A DNA stretch of 64,000 nt from Oikopleura dioica (taxonomy: Eukaryota; Animalia; Chordata), in the NCBI GenBank assembly GCA_907165135.1, contig OU015569.1, positions 11,656,001 to 11,720,000 of the forward strand, in the 5' to 3' direction. Positions 39,623-51,258 of the stretch are shown one piece after another. Under the pieces are notes generated by a model that had not been told where the DNA came from, made no database searches, and worked only from the letters and a program-made list of their open reading frames with translations. A program made the translations under genes and the position numbers. Each line of letters starts with the position of its first letter. The stretch's first letter is position 1.

Positions 39623-40156
39623 TAGGGCTGTGATAAGAAAATCAACCCCCAGAAATTCTTTAAGGGGATACCTCCGACTATTTTTCTTAGGTTTTTCGGG
39701 GTCCCGAGAAACTTATGCACCAAAGAAAAAATTGATACCTTAAGGGTATCACGCTAATTTTCAAATATGAAAATCCAAAAAATGGCCAAAATCGGTTTTT
39801 TGGCCAGCGAGGAAATTTGGGCCATTTTTCGGCCTTTTTTCGGCGGGAGCATCTTCTTCGCCACATTTTCTAGCCCTAGTGAGTGCATCTCGTCACAAAA
39901 AAAAATTTTGCTTCGGAAAATTTTCGAAAAACCAACTGGTGGAAGAATAACCCAAAAAAATATTGATTTTCGTCCCTCGCTAGCCAAAAAACAAAGATTT
40001 TTGACGAAAAATTGCGTTTTTGGGGGCTAGACCCTTAAATTTTTCAAAAATTTTAATTTTTTTGGAAACCCAAGATCCAACTTAGTATCCATCTGGAAAC
40101 AAAATTTGGGGATTACGAGAGCCTAGAGTTGCGCCATTTTTCTTATCACAGCCCTA
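39623..40156. mobile_element. hAT-type MITE containing TTAA-bounded segments
   Basis: TIR TAGGGCTGTGATAAGAAAA; 8-bp TSD GCAAAGTC at 39615-39622 and 40157-40164. Confidence 0.92.
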
Positions 40157-40299
40157 GCAAAGTCCGTCAGTTGAATACACAAAGAAAGAATACCGTTTGC
40201 TTTGACGATGAAACAGACTTACTATCGCGAAACAACAATAATAAGTCAAATACAATTATCACGATAACATAATTTTGATAACATATTGAAAAAAAACAG

Positions 40300-42139
40300 C
40301 TAGAACTTGACTTTTCCAGGAATGTACTTGTCGATCAAGCTTTGGTAGTATTCCTTCAGTGCTGCTTTGTCGGGCAGGGCATCGTCTGACTTTGTGTACA
40401 AGTCGAAATTGCTAAAACAGGAGAAATTGGAAATCGGAAATCAAGAAGGAGTAACTTGGTTACCTGAACGCTTTCACTTCTTCCCGCATTTTGTTGTCTT
40501 CTTCAGTGCAGAAATGACCGTACGCCTTTCCGGTGTGCCAGGGGTAGAAGCTATCAAAAAGTCTTGATTTTAAAAGTAAACTTTCATTTGTCAATGATCT
40601 TTTGGATGATTTTGGTTGATTAGGGTTAGACCTAACCTCTGGGGTTAGGGTTAGGGCCAATTCAACCCTAGACCTAACCCTAACCTCGATTGGTCTTCTA
40701 ACAAAGAAACTGGCTTTTGATTGGAATCCCCATCAAATTGTACCAAACCCTTGATAATGCTTCTCACCTGTGAAAGCGAATCATATACATGCCCATCTTC
40801 GGAATCGTGGCTCCATGATTCTTCAAAACTTGGTAAAGATACTCGTCATGGCCCCACGACATTTGCAAGTTGTTGATTCCGCAGTTTTTCTCGTACATTC
40901 CGTATTTCGTGCTACAGGCATTATTTCAAAGGACTATTCTTTGAGAAAACTGACTTGTATTTTGGATTCATCTGGTCCTTGCATTCATCAAAGGTGTCCG
41001 CGGAATAGACCACTTCCTGTTTTTCGGCTTCAATTTGAGCTCGTCAACCTGTGTTGAAAACCTGAGTCAGGGTCTGCAAAGCTTTTTAGCGCCACTTTCA
41101 GACCCTGACTCAGGTTTTCAGCACAGGTTGCCGAGTTCAGGCTTCAATAATAATTACTAATTATTAATAAGTTTTGTTATTAGCGAAGTTTTTCTGTATA
41201 AGAGGCCGTTAACTTTGCTGGAGCACAACCCACGGGATAAATGTCCCCAACAGCGGCCCACTGTGGCTTTTGCGAAGTCGAAAAAGTGATCGAATTGAAA
41301 ATTGGATTATGAAGAGTTATTACCTCCGGAGATGATAAATTTAATTGGATTAGGCTTATGAATTATGATGATCGGAAATAGAGGTGTTTCGAACTCGCAT
41401 TCCTGCTCATAAAAGCACATGATCTTGCCAAGGTCGTGAATGAGGCCAACCAGGTGCATCCAGTCGCGCTCCGGGTAGGATTTGCGGATTCCCTCGGCTG
41501 TCTGGTACGCGTGGTACACGTTCGGCACATCGCAGTCCGGATCCGACTCGTCGATCAAGTCGTTAAGGCGATCCAGAGCTTCCATGATCGTCAACGACTC
41601 GTGGTCGAAGTTCATCCACTTTTTCCGCTGCTCAAGGCCGAATTGAACCGTCTGGTTCGTGTGCATCAAGCGGTAGGTTCGTTTTACTCGCTCGAAATGC
41701 TCAAAACTCAATCGAAAAAGAGACGTTTTGGAAGCTTACTTTTCCTCCTTCGGAATAGTCTCTGAAAGCGTCGGGTAATTTATCGGCGAATTCGGGATCA
41801 TCTGGGCGGAATTTCGTGCTTGGATCGATTATTATCTGAAAAAAAGAACGATCAAAAATCTAAAATTCACGGAAAAATTTACAGTTTCTTCAAAAAATAA
41901 TAGAGTAAAACCCTTATTAAAGACCATTTTTAAACACCAGCCAAACATGGGCTCGGCAACCTGTGTGAATTTCCTGAGTCAGGGTAAAAATAGATCGAAA
42001 TGATAATTTGGCAAATTTCTCAGAACCCAGACTCAGGATTTCTACACAGGTTGCCGAGGCCACCGCCGAAAAATAAAGAATCTTCTCAAGAAAACTGAAT
42101 GTCTGAATGTGTATTCTGAATCTCACTTACAACAGTCAT
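40300..42139 (-). CDS. MIOX: myo-inositol oxygenase
   Basis: MTVIIIDPSTKFRPD, TYRLMHTNQT, DESDPD...HAYQTAEGIR, GLIHDLGK, QWAAVGDIYPVGC, MSWGHDEYLYQV, MIRFHSFYPWH, FDLYTKSD, YYQSLIDKYIPGKVKF*. Confidence 0.97.
41035..41140. mobile_element. Family A MITE with 8-bp TSD, in a MIOX intron
   Basis: GCTTCAAT at 41027-41034 and 41141-41148. Confidence 0.93.
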
Positions 42140-43707
42140 CTCTTGTCAAGAGTCTATTTCTATCTTTGAAATAAAAGAACGATTGGACTCGTAAATAAAA
42201 TTGTCCGTGGGCGAAGAAAGGCAAGAAACCGTCAAACAAAATGTCACGTTTAGAAATTGTTTTGAAATAAAAAAGCATCGAAGATTAAGATTAGACAAAG
42301 CAAACCAACTTTGGACAACGCCTTGCGAACTTTGAAATTCTCGTGTTTCTCCCGGATGAACTATCAATCCCGGGGTCAAAATAAGTCAATAAAAGAACAA
42401 GGAGAGAATTGCCATGTTTGTGCTTCTAGCGCTATATATTAAAAACAGCATTAAATTTGAAAGAGGGTCAAAAAGATGTGGCGAGATCTGAAAATCACCC
42501 CGAATTTTCAATGAATTTCAATGACCCTGACTCAGGTTTTCCACTCAGGCTGCCTAGCTCAGATTCTAGCGACAAGACCAATTTATGGAAGTGATTTTTT
42601 GGATAACCAATAAGATTGCTGTATTTGGGCAACCGGCCAATCAAAACCCTAATCCATGAAATCACTTCCATAAATTGGTTTAACCCGATTCTAGCGCAGC
42701 AATAGTAAAAGCAGAAACCTTTGAATTTACATGTTCCATCCTCTATTTTTTTTTGATAAATGAAGTTTCGATAACTGAACACTTTTATATCCAAATTTAA
42801 GCGACAACTAGAAAGAGTTCTGGATTCTAGAATGAGTTCTATAATTACGAATCGGAAAGGAAGAATGAGCGTGGAAACAGCTGGCGAGTTCTGGGCATTA
42901 GAATTGATGGATTCTACATCTACTTGCGCAGTTCTTTTTTAATTGAATTTTCGAAGGACCAATAAATAAATATCTCATTTATTATAAATCCATCGAGCGC
43001 ATTTCTGAGCCCCTGGCTTCAGTTCTAAAGTCTTTACTCAGCTCCAGGGATTGAATCTCTCTCTCAACCAGATCGACCATTCGCAGCCGACAAGAAGTCG
43101 ATAAGATTACAGTTACAGCTCGTTTTGTAGAGTAAGAGAGACAAATAAAGGAAGACGAAACTGGAATAACCCTTGCATTTGAATTTTGAACCAAGGTTAG
43201 AGAAATTCGCTTTTACGCGAATTTCGCTGTTTAATAATTTAGCGATACTTTTGTAGCATAATTGTCAAGCCCGAAATGAAGCCGCTTTCACGATCAAGAG
43301 GCTAGAGAAAGAAGAAAAAGAAAAAGCGACTGAAGAAGAAAGAGAAAGAAAACGAGAATTTCTGCGAAGGAAAATGTTAAGCGAGCCGGTAGCTAGCTAG
43401 TAGAGTGGGTGAAAAATATGGAAGCTTCCTTCATCTTTCCGATTTGTATCATGGCCTCGACGATGATGATTACAGAAGGTTTGCCTCAGTTCTCAATAGT
43501 GGAGTGTTTTCTGCAGAGATTTTTCAAGCTATCAGATTTCGAGGGCCATCAGATTAGTTCAATTATTGATAAAATTTTAGTTTCCATAAATCAGGTAGCC
43601 CGATAGAACCGATTCGATAGTCCGATTCTAGTTCATAATTTTTTTGAGGGACTTCAACCCTAACCGTAACGTTTTTAATGAAAAATTTTTCATCCTTAAC
43701 CCTAACC

Positions 43708-43951
43708 CTGGGCTCGGCAACCTGTGTAGAAAACCTGAGTCAGGGTCTGAAAAGGCTGAAATGAAAAGCCGCGAAGCGGCTTTTTTTTAAACGAAGCCGC
43801 GGAGCGGCTTCGCTAATATTCTCATTACAATCTATCAGAAATTCTGGGGAAGCCGCTTCGCGGCTTCGTTTTTGAAAAGCCGCTACGCGACTTTTCATTA
43901 AAGATCTTTCAGACCCTGACTCAGGTTTTCTACACAGGTTGCCGAGCTCAG
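43708..43951. mobile_element. Family A MITE, four hairpins
   Basis: TIRs plus loops GAA, GGA, TTC, TAC; abuts CCCTAA repeats. Confidence 0.93.
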
Positions 43952-44030
43952 CCCTTACTTTAACCTAACCTTCTTACTGGTCTTATCCATTTTTTGAGCA
44001 AGTTTTTAAGACTTCTCGACATGCAGTGTT

Positions 44031-44276
44031 TTGGACGATGTGGAATCTGGAGTGCTCTTCCATCTCATTTTCTTTACGATCAGTTATTTTGGCACGATTG
44101 TGATGGTGATTTACAAACGCATGGCTGGAAAGAGGCAAGAAACGATACCGCTTTTGGCCGGCACTGGAATTCCACTCACAGCGACTGGCTTAGCGCTCAT
44201 TTGCGCGGCGTATTATGTTCATGTCGGGCATCATTGTAGGGATGAGGAGAATGGACAGGTGAGGAAAATCTATTGA
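44031..44276 (+). CDS. Exon of a small membrane protein with two hydrophobic segments; flanking exons unresolved
   Basis: GVLFHLIFFTISYFGTIVMVIY and LLAGTGIPLTATGLALICAAYYV; ends at a GTGAG donor. Confidence 0.4.
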   Translation: MDDVESGVLFHLIFFTISYFGTIVMVIYKRMAGKRQETIPLLAGTGIPLTATGLALICAAYYVHVGHHCRDEENGQVRKIY

Positions 44277-45207
44277 GGATGTTTTTTAGCTTTTATTCAA
44301 TTTATTTGATTGTTTAGTCGACTATTTCTGGCCTTCCTCAGAGTATCATGGTCCAAAGTCTAGCAAAAGAAGGTAGGTTTCTTCCATGATTTCATGATGG
44401 TCTTGTACTGAAAATTCCCTGTAGCCCCGATGTGTTAAACATGTACTTTCAGTCAGAGCCGAAATCATGCTCCGGAGTCTTTGGCTTGGATTAGTTCTCG
44501 TGCTTTGCGGCGGCGCTTTCCTTGGCTTGCTTGTTTGCAACTGGCCAAAGCCCCTAGCCAAGGTCTGAAACGGCTTATCTTCTGCAATTTTTATGTGAAA
44601 AAAGACAGGAAAAGCCGAAATAAAGCATTTTGCGTCCGGATCAATGAATCAAAAAAATCTCCAAAGATGACTTCAATTCACAGTTCACACCAGGATCGGA
44701 GCTAGAAACTACTGTAGTTTCAGAAACATTCATTCAATATCTGGCTTTGAGAAGCAAAGTGATGCGACTCCGAGCGAGCTTACTGTTCCAGCTTTGTAAA
44801 TGAAAAATGAAACATGTTCAATTTTGTAAAAATGATCAGAAAAAAAGGTGAAAATGGAGAAAATCACTGAAGACTGGCATATATCAATGAAGACCCTTGT
44901 AAACTTGATTTCATCAAACAAAATAAAATTCTAAAAATGCTCAGTTGATTGTTGTTTTTACTATTATCTAAAAAAGATATGCTCAATAAATCTATTCAAA
45001 ATCATTGTCGAGTCCCGCTAAATCGTCAAAAAGCTAAGCCGCCCAGCGTTGTGCAAGTTAGCGCCGGGGCGGTACTTTTATATTCATGTAATAAAATTCA
45101 TATAAAGTGGCTTCATCATAGCCTATAATAGCATATCTTCCTATAATTTATAGGATTATGCATGCTAAAGACTTGAAGGAAAATTGGGGTCTATTCCGGA
45201 CATTTAA

Positions 45208-45872
45208 AACTCTGAAAACGCGCAAAGAAATGATTGATTCCGCGCATCAATCATTTGAATCGGCATTTAAAATAATTTAAAGTCTTCAGCAGCAATCTTC
45301 TTATCTCCTCAGAGCTTTGGCTTTCAGAATGAAATCTTCTGATCTCTTCCTTTTTCACTTTTTTCTTTCAATTTCAGAGGCTTCCGGAATCGAGAATTGT
45401 ACCAAAGAAGCTTGCGCTATCGTAATTTTACTTGAGAATTTTGGCACTTTTATGCGTTTTCTAGTGTTACGACCATCTTTATTTTTCAAGCAAAAAATCA
45501 AAAGGATGCGAAAATTTACTCAACCTTCAAAATTGCTGCTCAAGACACATAACCGACAAAGATCTTCTTTCCTACACAAAGTTCTGCTTGAAAAATGAGC
45601 TCATCTACGTCGCCTGGATTTATGATGCCTTCAAAGTCGTTCTTGACAAGACTCATTTGAGCGATGCTGAGTACGAACTCGCGAATCAAAGACTTAGGCT
45701 GGAGGAAATTTGCCCCAACTGTACAACTTGCGATAGTGAAGAACAGGTCATGTCTGGTGAGTTTTGTTTTCGATGAAAATTCGATGAGTTTTTCTAGTGA
45801 AAATCATGTTTGTTTATTGCTTCGTTGGATTGATGTGCATTCTTGGTTGTTTTGCCAAGGGTTCCGAATTTC
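45208..45872. repeat. About 665-bp direct duplication, copy 1 (copy 2 at 49973-50636)
   Basis: Near-identical sequence from AACTCTGAAAACGCGC to GGGTTCCGAATTTC; includes + strand exons and a short GT-AG intron. Confidence 0.95.
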
Positions 45873-46403
45873 AATGGAAACTACTACGATCGTCCCCGCT
45901 GTCGTCGTCTGCACGCTGGAAGCTCCGGCGGAAGACGTCCAAAGCAAATACGATTGCAGCCAGAAAACAACATGCTGCTCCGGTACACTCGAAGTCAGAG
46001 GCGGCGATGGCGTGGGAATTCTAGAGTTCTGGGAGAATGTCTCTCAGTCCTCACCTTTCATTGAACCAATTCTTTTGTTCGGTTTAAACTCTTACTCTGT
46101 ACATAAAATGCTGCATATTGGACTAGGAGGCTCTTCGGAGTACCGTGTACTAAGGTGTCTTTTGACTTAATATTCCTGTGAATAAAAGAAAAGAAAAGAA
46201 AAAGAAAAAAGCTAATGAAAGACAGTCTATTTATACTTTTGTTAAGAAAACTGTGTGGGAAATCTGAGGGGGTCCATTCAAAAAGCGGAATCAGAAGAAT
46301 TTTATGATCTGCGCGTAAAACCGGCGAGTTGAGCATCATTTCAAAAATAAACTGCTTTTCTTGTTGATTATTATTTCCTTCGAGAAATCATTACAAACAG
46401 CTG

Positions 46404-48781
46404 ATGGATCGAGCAATCGAATTGAACAAGAGAATCTGTTCTTTGGTCGAGCTTCTGGGAGGCGAAGGAATTCCGAGTGTTCTTGATCGAATCGGCGGCG
46501 ATTCCGGCCATAAGACGGCAGGTTTGCAAGAGGCTTCTGAAAAAGAGAAAATGGACGTGAAAAGTCAAGAATCTGATGAGTATTACGAATCTGATGAATT
46601 TTCTGACTCTGACGAGTCTTATGAGTACGAAAAAGTTTCAACTTATCCAGAAGAACTGACAAGAGAAGCTGTTGAGAATTGGCTGGAAGAGTTTCAAAAG
46701 AAATTGAAGAGAGAAACGAGCAGAGATGATTTGGACAGGTTGATTTTGTCGATGGACAGAATGAAATTTGAAGATGATGAGTGTGGTCAATGGGACGAGG
46801 TCATTTTCGAACATGGACAAGGAAAGTTGTCTGGAAGATATGAGGAAGAATGGGAAATAACTTCTTTTCAAAAAATGATTCTTTCGAAAAACCCAGGTTT
46901 CGAGGGACGAATAATTCAACGTTCGGAATTAAAAGAAGAAACCGGAGAATGGGTTCTCGATGAATCTTTGGAATCGATTTCAGTTGGAGGAGAAGCGATT
47001 GTTTTGAAAGAAAAATTTGGAGAATTGGAAGTGGCCGTTCGCGTTCAGGCTTTTGACTTGGCGCTGTTTGTGGGGAATGAAGAATTGGGGTTTGAAATTC
47101 ATCTTTCGGAAGGTATTTTTTGTTTTTTTAAATATTTTTAAGAATACGATATCGCTCAAAACAAAGAAGAAAATTATGCCGGAGTGGTTCCTTTTCACAA
47201 AAACGTGGTCAAGAATTATGTCAACATCGAAGTCTTCTTGAGCTCTGATTTGAGAAAAGAAGACTGTGTTGGATGGATCACGATTATGGAGAAATGCGAC
47301 TCGGATTTGAGGAGCAAATTGAAGAATAATGAGTTGAATTTGGAAGAAAGGAAGAAAATTGCGATTGGCGTCAAAGAGGGATTGGATTATTTGGAGAAAA
47401 TTGGAATTTGGCATTTCGATCGGAAGCCAGAAAATATCCTTTTGAAAAATGGAGAAGCAAAATGGATCGATTTTAGCATTATACACGAAGAGACTGGACG
47501 AGAGAGTTATCGGGAGATGGGATACGCGAGGAGAGGAAGCAGATTTAGAAATAACAGCTGTTTATGTAAGTTTTGAGTTTGTTGAAAAATGCTCGTGTTC
47601 TATCTTTTTTTTCGTAGATGCTGGGTCTCCTGCTTTTTCTTATGGCGCGCAGATAGGCGCAAACTTCGGAGGGAATAGATCTCTTCCTCATATTTTGATT
47701 CTTTGCGAGTGGAAGACGGCCTGGACTCTTTTATTCAAACCAATCGAAGAAAAAGAAAGAGAAATCATCAAAAAAGAACTTGAGGTAAGTCTTTACTTTA
47801 TATAAAAGAAAATATCTTTTCTTAGACTTGCAATGCTGGCTGGCTCTCAAAGAAAAGAAAACCATCCACCGAAGAAATCCAAAACTTGTCAAAAATCATT
47901 TCTCTTGAAAACGCGTCTTCTGATTTTTGCTTGGACGATCCGAATTTGACGAAATCAACTGCCATGGCCAGTCTGAAACAAAAACTGACAAAAAAGATCA
48001 ATTTCGACTTCAAAAATGTTACGAAGAATGTTTTAAACCAAAAAGAAAGCGATCTCTGTGTACCCATTTCTGTTTCGGTGCTTTTGAGATGGACACTCGA
48101 AAATGATTTGAAAGTTGTGTATTGGGAAATGGAAAGATGTTTTACTATTGAAAAAATCTTCACTCAATTGACAATGGTGATTTATCCGCGCAGTTTGGCT
48201 GGCTTCAATCACAATCCGAAATTTGAAGAACAAGAATTTCAAGAGAACAAAATTGAATTGCTTCTTAAAAGATTGAAATTCGGAACCTATTTGAATGAAC
48301 CTGGATGGAAGATGATGATGGATATTTATTTTAGCGAGTTTTCTTATGAAAGACGTTAGTAAATTAATATAAAGTCTAAGAACAAATATTTATTAAATAT
48401 TCAGTCTTTCTCCATCCAAAATTCGTCTTCTCCCGTCCCTTAACAGTCACCGGCGCCTATCTGGAACCCGGCGACGGGAAAACACCACTTTTCCACCAAA
48501 TGGTGCTTGACCGAATCGAATACTCCGATTTCATTCTCCAAAACACTCTCATCGCCCATTCTGACTCTCAGCTCAGAATTCCTGTTTCCAGAGAATACTA
48601 CGTCGATGAAGAAACGATGAGAGACTGTTTCAACAGCTACAACGGTTTCGTCTATTATGGAGACAACAACGAGATTTTAGAGCTTGTCAACGAAGAATTC
48701 AACATGAAAACCGAAAAATGGTATCTTCTGCCTCATGCATATTCAATTACTCTTCGAAGAAAAAGACACTCTCTATCTTAA
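46404..48781 (+). CDS. Degenerate protein kinase domain fused to a papain-like (clan CA) peptidase domain; acidic N-terminus
   Basis: Kinase part: SVGGEAIV, VAVR, IMEKCDSDL, HFDRKPENILL, WIDFS. Peptidase part: VLNQKESDLCVPIS (Gln/Cys), FHQMVLDRI (His), ILQNT (Asn). Four short GT-AG introns. Confidence 0.75.
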
Positions 48782-48939
48782 ACTTATTCGACTGTTTCTT
48801 TTATCCTACTTTTCTTCGTCTAAATTATCGATAAATGTTTTCAAAAAAAAATGATTAATTTCTAAACAACCGGTTGATATATGGCTTTTTCTTTGATGTC
48901 TTAAGATGAAAAAAGTGAAAGAAAAAGGTGCAGTAATCT

Positions 48940-49925
48940 TGTTTTATTATCGATGTACAGTTTGAAGAGATTGTGGCAGGTTGTAGGACAAGTGAAAGAA
49001 GCAGATTTACAAAAAAGGGATTTGACTTGGCAAATGTAGCGGAACTCGCGGTCGCATTTTGAAGGGTACCATTTGTAGCCGAATTGCAGGCCCGCGGACT
49101 GAATGCACCGCTCCGAGCGCTAGAATCGTTGAAAAAAGGGGATGAGTGGTAGAACTTACTGTGGGGCGGATTTCTCCATACCAGTTTTGGAAAGAGCTGT
49201 CAGTGACGGTCGTATTGGCCACCCAGCTGAGGCGATCGCTTTCTTCGTCCAACGACAATCCAACGCAGTAGGAAGTGTCCTGAAAAGTTATTTCAATCAG
49301 TGGTGTTATAAACCTGAGTCAGAGTTTTAAGCTGCTCATTAGAAAGCCGCATAGCGGCCTTTACAAGAACGAAGCCGCAAGCGGCTTCGCCAAATAACCG
49401 TTTGAATTAATTCTCTAAAACTGTCGAAGCCGATTTGCGGCTTCGTTTTTGTTAAAGCCGCTACGCGGCTTTCTGTTGAACATTTTCGAGCCCTGACTCA
49501 GGTTTTTAGCGATGGTTGTCGACCGGAATTTCATTCAATTCGAAGATAATAGCCATCTTGCTTGACTTACATAAGAGCTGCCTCTGATCAAATTCGTGAT
49601 AAACAACATTGTGTCCTCGTCCTTGATCACCGCCAAAGATCCACCCTGTCTGTTACATCTCTGCTCGGCCGCCTCCCACGAGCGCTTGTCCTTGCTCAAG
49701 TTGAAGCAGAAGCTTCCTTTCTTTTCCCGTGGCCGGCGCACCGGAATCGCGCGTCTTTAATCAATTTCTTTGAGCATTTTTGAACTCGGAAAGAGCTTCA
49801 CTTACTTTGTAAGTGATGCTTCGTAAAGTGCGCCACTGCTGAGTTCGACTCGGCCTGGGCGTTGAGGCGTTTTTCGTGCTCTTGGATTAGAGCTTCGTCG
49901 CGGCTTTTCCATTCCAAGAGTTTCT
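48940..49925 (-). pseudogene. C-type lectin gene (coiled-coil neck plus CTLD), apparently degenerate and lacking 5' exons
   Basis: GSFCFNLSKDKRSWEAAEQRCNRQGGSLAVI, SYCVGL, FQNW, RCIQ...KWYPSKCDREFRYICQ. An apparent 1-nt loss near 49727 removes the first CTLD Trp, and the WxGL motif reads CVGL. Confidence 0.6.
49308..49530. mobile_element. Family A MITE, four hairpins, in a lectin intron
   Basis: CCTGAGTCAG / CTGACTCAGG with loops ATA, AAA, TTT, TAC. Confidence 0.8.
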
Positions 49926-49972
49926 AAAGCAATCTTTGAAAAATTATGAATTGAAAGAATGGACCTCTAGGC

Positions 49973-50636
49973 AACTCTGAAAACGCGCGAAGAAATGATT
50001 GATTCCGCGCATCAATCATTCGAATCGGCATTTAAAATAATTTAAAGTCTTCAGCGGCAATCTTCTTATCTCCTCAGAGCTTTGGCTTTCCAAATGAAAT
50101 CTTCTGATCTCTTCCTTTTTCACTTTTTTCTATCAATTTCAGAGGCTTCCGGAATCGAGAATTGTACTAAAGAAGCTTGCGCTATCGTAATTTTACTTGA
50201 GAATTTTGGCACTTTTATGCGTTTTCTAGTGCTACGACCATCTTTACTTTTCAAGGAAAAAATCAAAAGGATGCGAAAATTTACTCAACCTTCAAAATTG
50301 CTGCTCAAGACACATAACCAACAAAGATCTTCTTTCCTACACAAAGTTGTGCTTGAAAAATGAGCTCATCTACGTCGCCTGGATTTATGATGCCTTCAAA
50401 GTGGTTCTTGACAAGACTCATTTGAGCGATGCTGAGTACGAACTCGCGAATCAAAGACTTAGGCTGGATGAAATCTGCCCCAACTGTACAACTTGCGATA
50501 GTGAAGAACAGGTCATGTCTGGTAAGTTTTGTTTTCGATGAAAATTCTAAAGTTTTTCTAGTGAAAATCATGTTTGTTTATTGCTTCGTTGGATTGATGT
50601 GCATTCTTGGTTGCTTTGCCGAGGGTTCCGAATTTC
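49973..50636. repeat. About 665-bp direct duplication, copy 2
   Basis: Matches 45208-45872 with scattered substitutions. Confidence 0.95.
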
Positions 50637-51258
50637 GAGCTAATGAAAGACAGACTATTTATACCTACTTTTTGCTAAGGAACCTGTGTGGGAAACCTGA
50701 GTCAGGGTCCTGGAAAAGCTTTGATAAAAGCCGCTTTTCATCAAAGCATTTCAAGAACCCTGACTCAGGTTTCCTACACAGGGAGCCGAGCCTAGTCTTG
50801 TCTATTTAGGACCCTACTCTATCAATAGAAAGAATTATTAAGGGAGTATCAAACAAATCTGCAACCCTAGAAAGCCGTTGGTTGGCGCTGCTACGAAGAA
50901 TCAAAAGAGCCGGATATTCAATTGCCTTGCAGTGTCGACCAAAAACTCATAATTTCAAAAGAGATCGACAAGCAAACCGGGTTGCCCGTTATTTCACTCA
51001 CTGACAACACAAATTTAATAAAAGTCGAGTACATCTAACTTTTTCGTTTTTAGATTTTATTAATTTGAATATCAGTAATTGCACGGAAATAAATGAACTA
51101 CAGAAAATGAGTGAAGCAGAAAGTAAAAATAATGAGTGACTCATTATGAGTCGCTAAAGTTGTTCTTTTGTTTTTTCAAGTTACAGTTTCTTGAACGAAA
51201 TTGAAAGAAATTGATTATTTTGAGGAGTAAATACAAGAAAAAGGTCTAATAATGTTTT

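Noticed and set aside
49128-49150. ACTCATCCC..TTTTT on the minus strand resembles the start of the Oikopleura spliced leader as recalled
   Set aside because: The match is short, lies in a lectin intron, and has no remainder of an SL RNA gene.
45208-50636. Direct repeats flanking 4.1 kb as LTRs
   Set aside because: No TG...CA ends, TSD, primer-binding site or gag/pol; the repeats contain spliced exons.
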